A stretch of DNA of 64,000 nucleotides from positions 1-64,000 of the forward strand of contig CAWHAA010000009.1 in assembly GCA_963827275.1 (NCBI GenBank), given 5' to 3'. Shown here one piece after another: positions 63,965 to 64,000 of this stretch; within the stretch, counting starts at the first letter, position 1, and each line of letters starts with the position of its first letter. The translations under genes and the position numbers were made by a program. Source of the DNA: an uncultured Spirochaetota bacterium (GTDB lineage: Bacteria; Spirochaetota; UBA4802; UBA5550). The notes beneath the pieces were generated by a model. The model searched no databases, was not told the origin of the DNA, and saw only the letters and a program-made list of their open reading frames with translations.

Positions 63965-64000
63965 AACGATTCGTGAACATTGCGTGCTGTGCGCTGCTTG
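63961..64000 (+). CDS. Start of next gene (signal-peptide-like, 3' partial)
   Basis: RBS GGAGG, ATGA overlap, MKRFVNIACCALL. Confidence 0.5.
   Translation, partial: MKRFVNIACCALL

Overview
The window looks like a concatenation of at least three unrelated fragments. (1) 1-~977, about 42% GC by eye: leuC 3' end, a palindromic MITE-like element and a truncated leuD. (2) ~978-15420, very GC-rich and Planctomycetota/Myxococcota-like: carboxypeptidase-regulatory-domain lipoprotein, FHA-GAF-sigma54 activator, PcrA/UvrD, acpS, lipid A acyltransferase, rpmB, Ser/Thr kinase, ybeY-phoH-cdsA-uppS-purA. (3) ~15421-64000: a nested IS cluster (IS3 inserted into IS256 with a 4-bp target duplication, next to a second IS256 end), then a long housekeeping region I infer is spirochaete-like (serS, tRNA-Phe, TPR proteins, RavA/ViaA-like pair, adk, yggS-proC, lnt, rsmE-thiE, dapAB, rho-rpmE, lgt, c-di-GMP genes, M16 peptidase). 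Frameshifts in many essential genes point to sequencing indels rather than pseudogenes. The most interesting signal is the near-palindrome ACCGATAACTATCG. It forms an 11-copy, 22-bp-period array at 26039-26274. It also forms a perfect 18-bp inverted repeat, with one copy over the promoter and one inside the coding sequence (encoding TDNYR) of an orphan low-GC 154-aa putative DNA-binding gene at 37395-37859. Taxonomic and family assignments come from motif recognition only; no searches were run.
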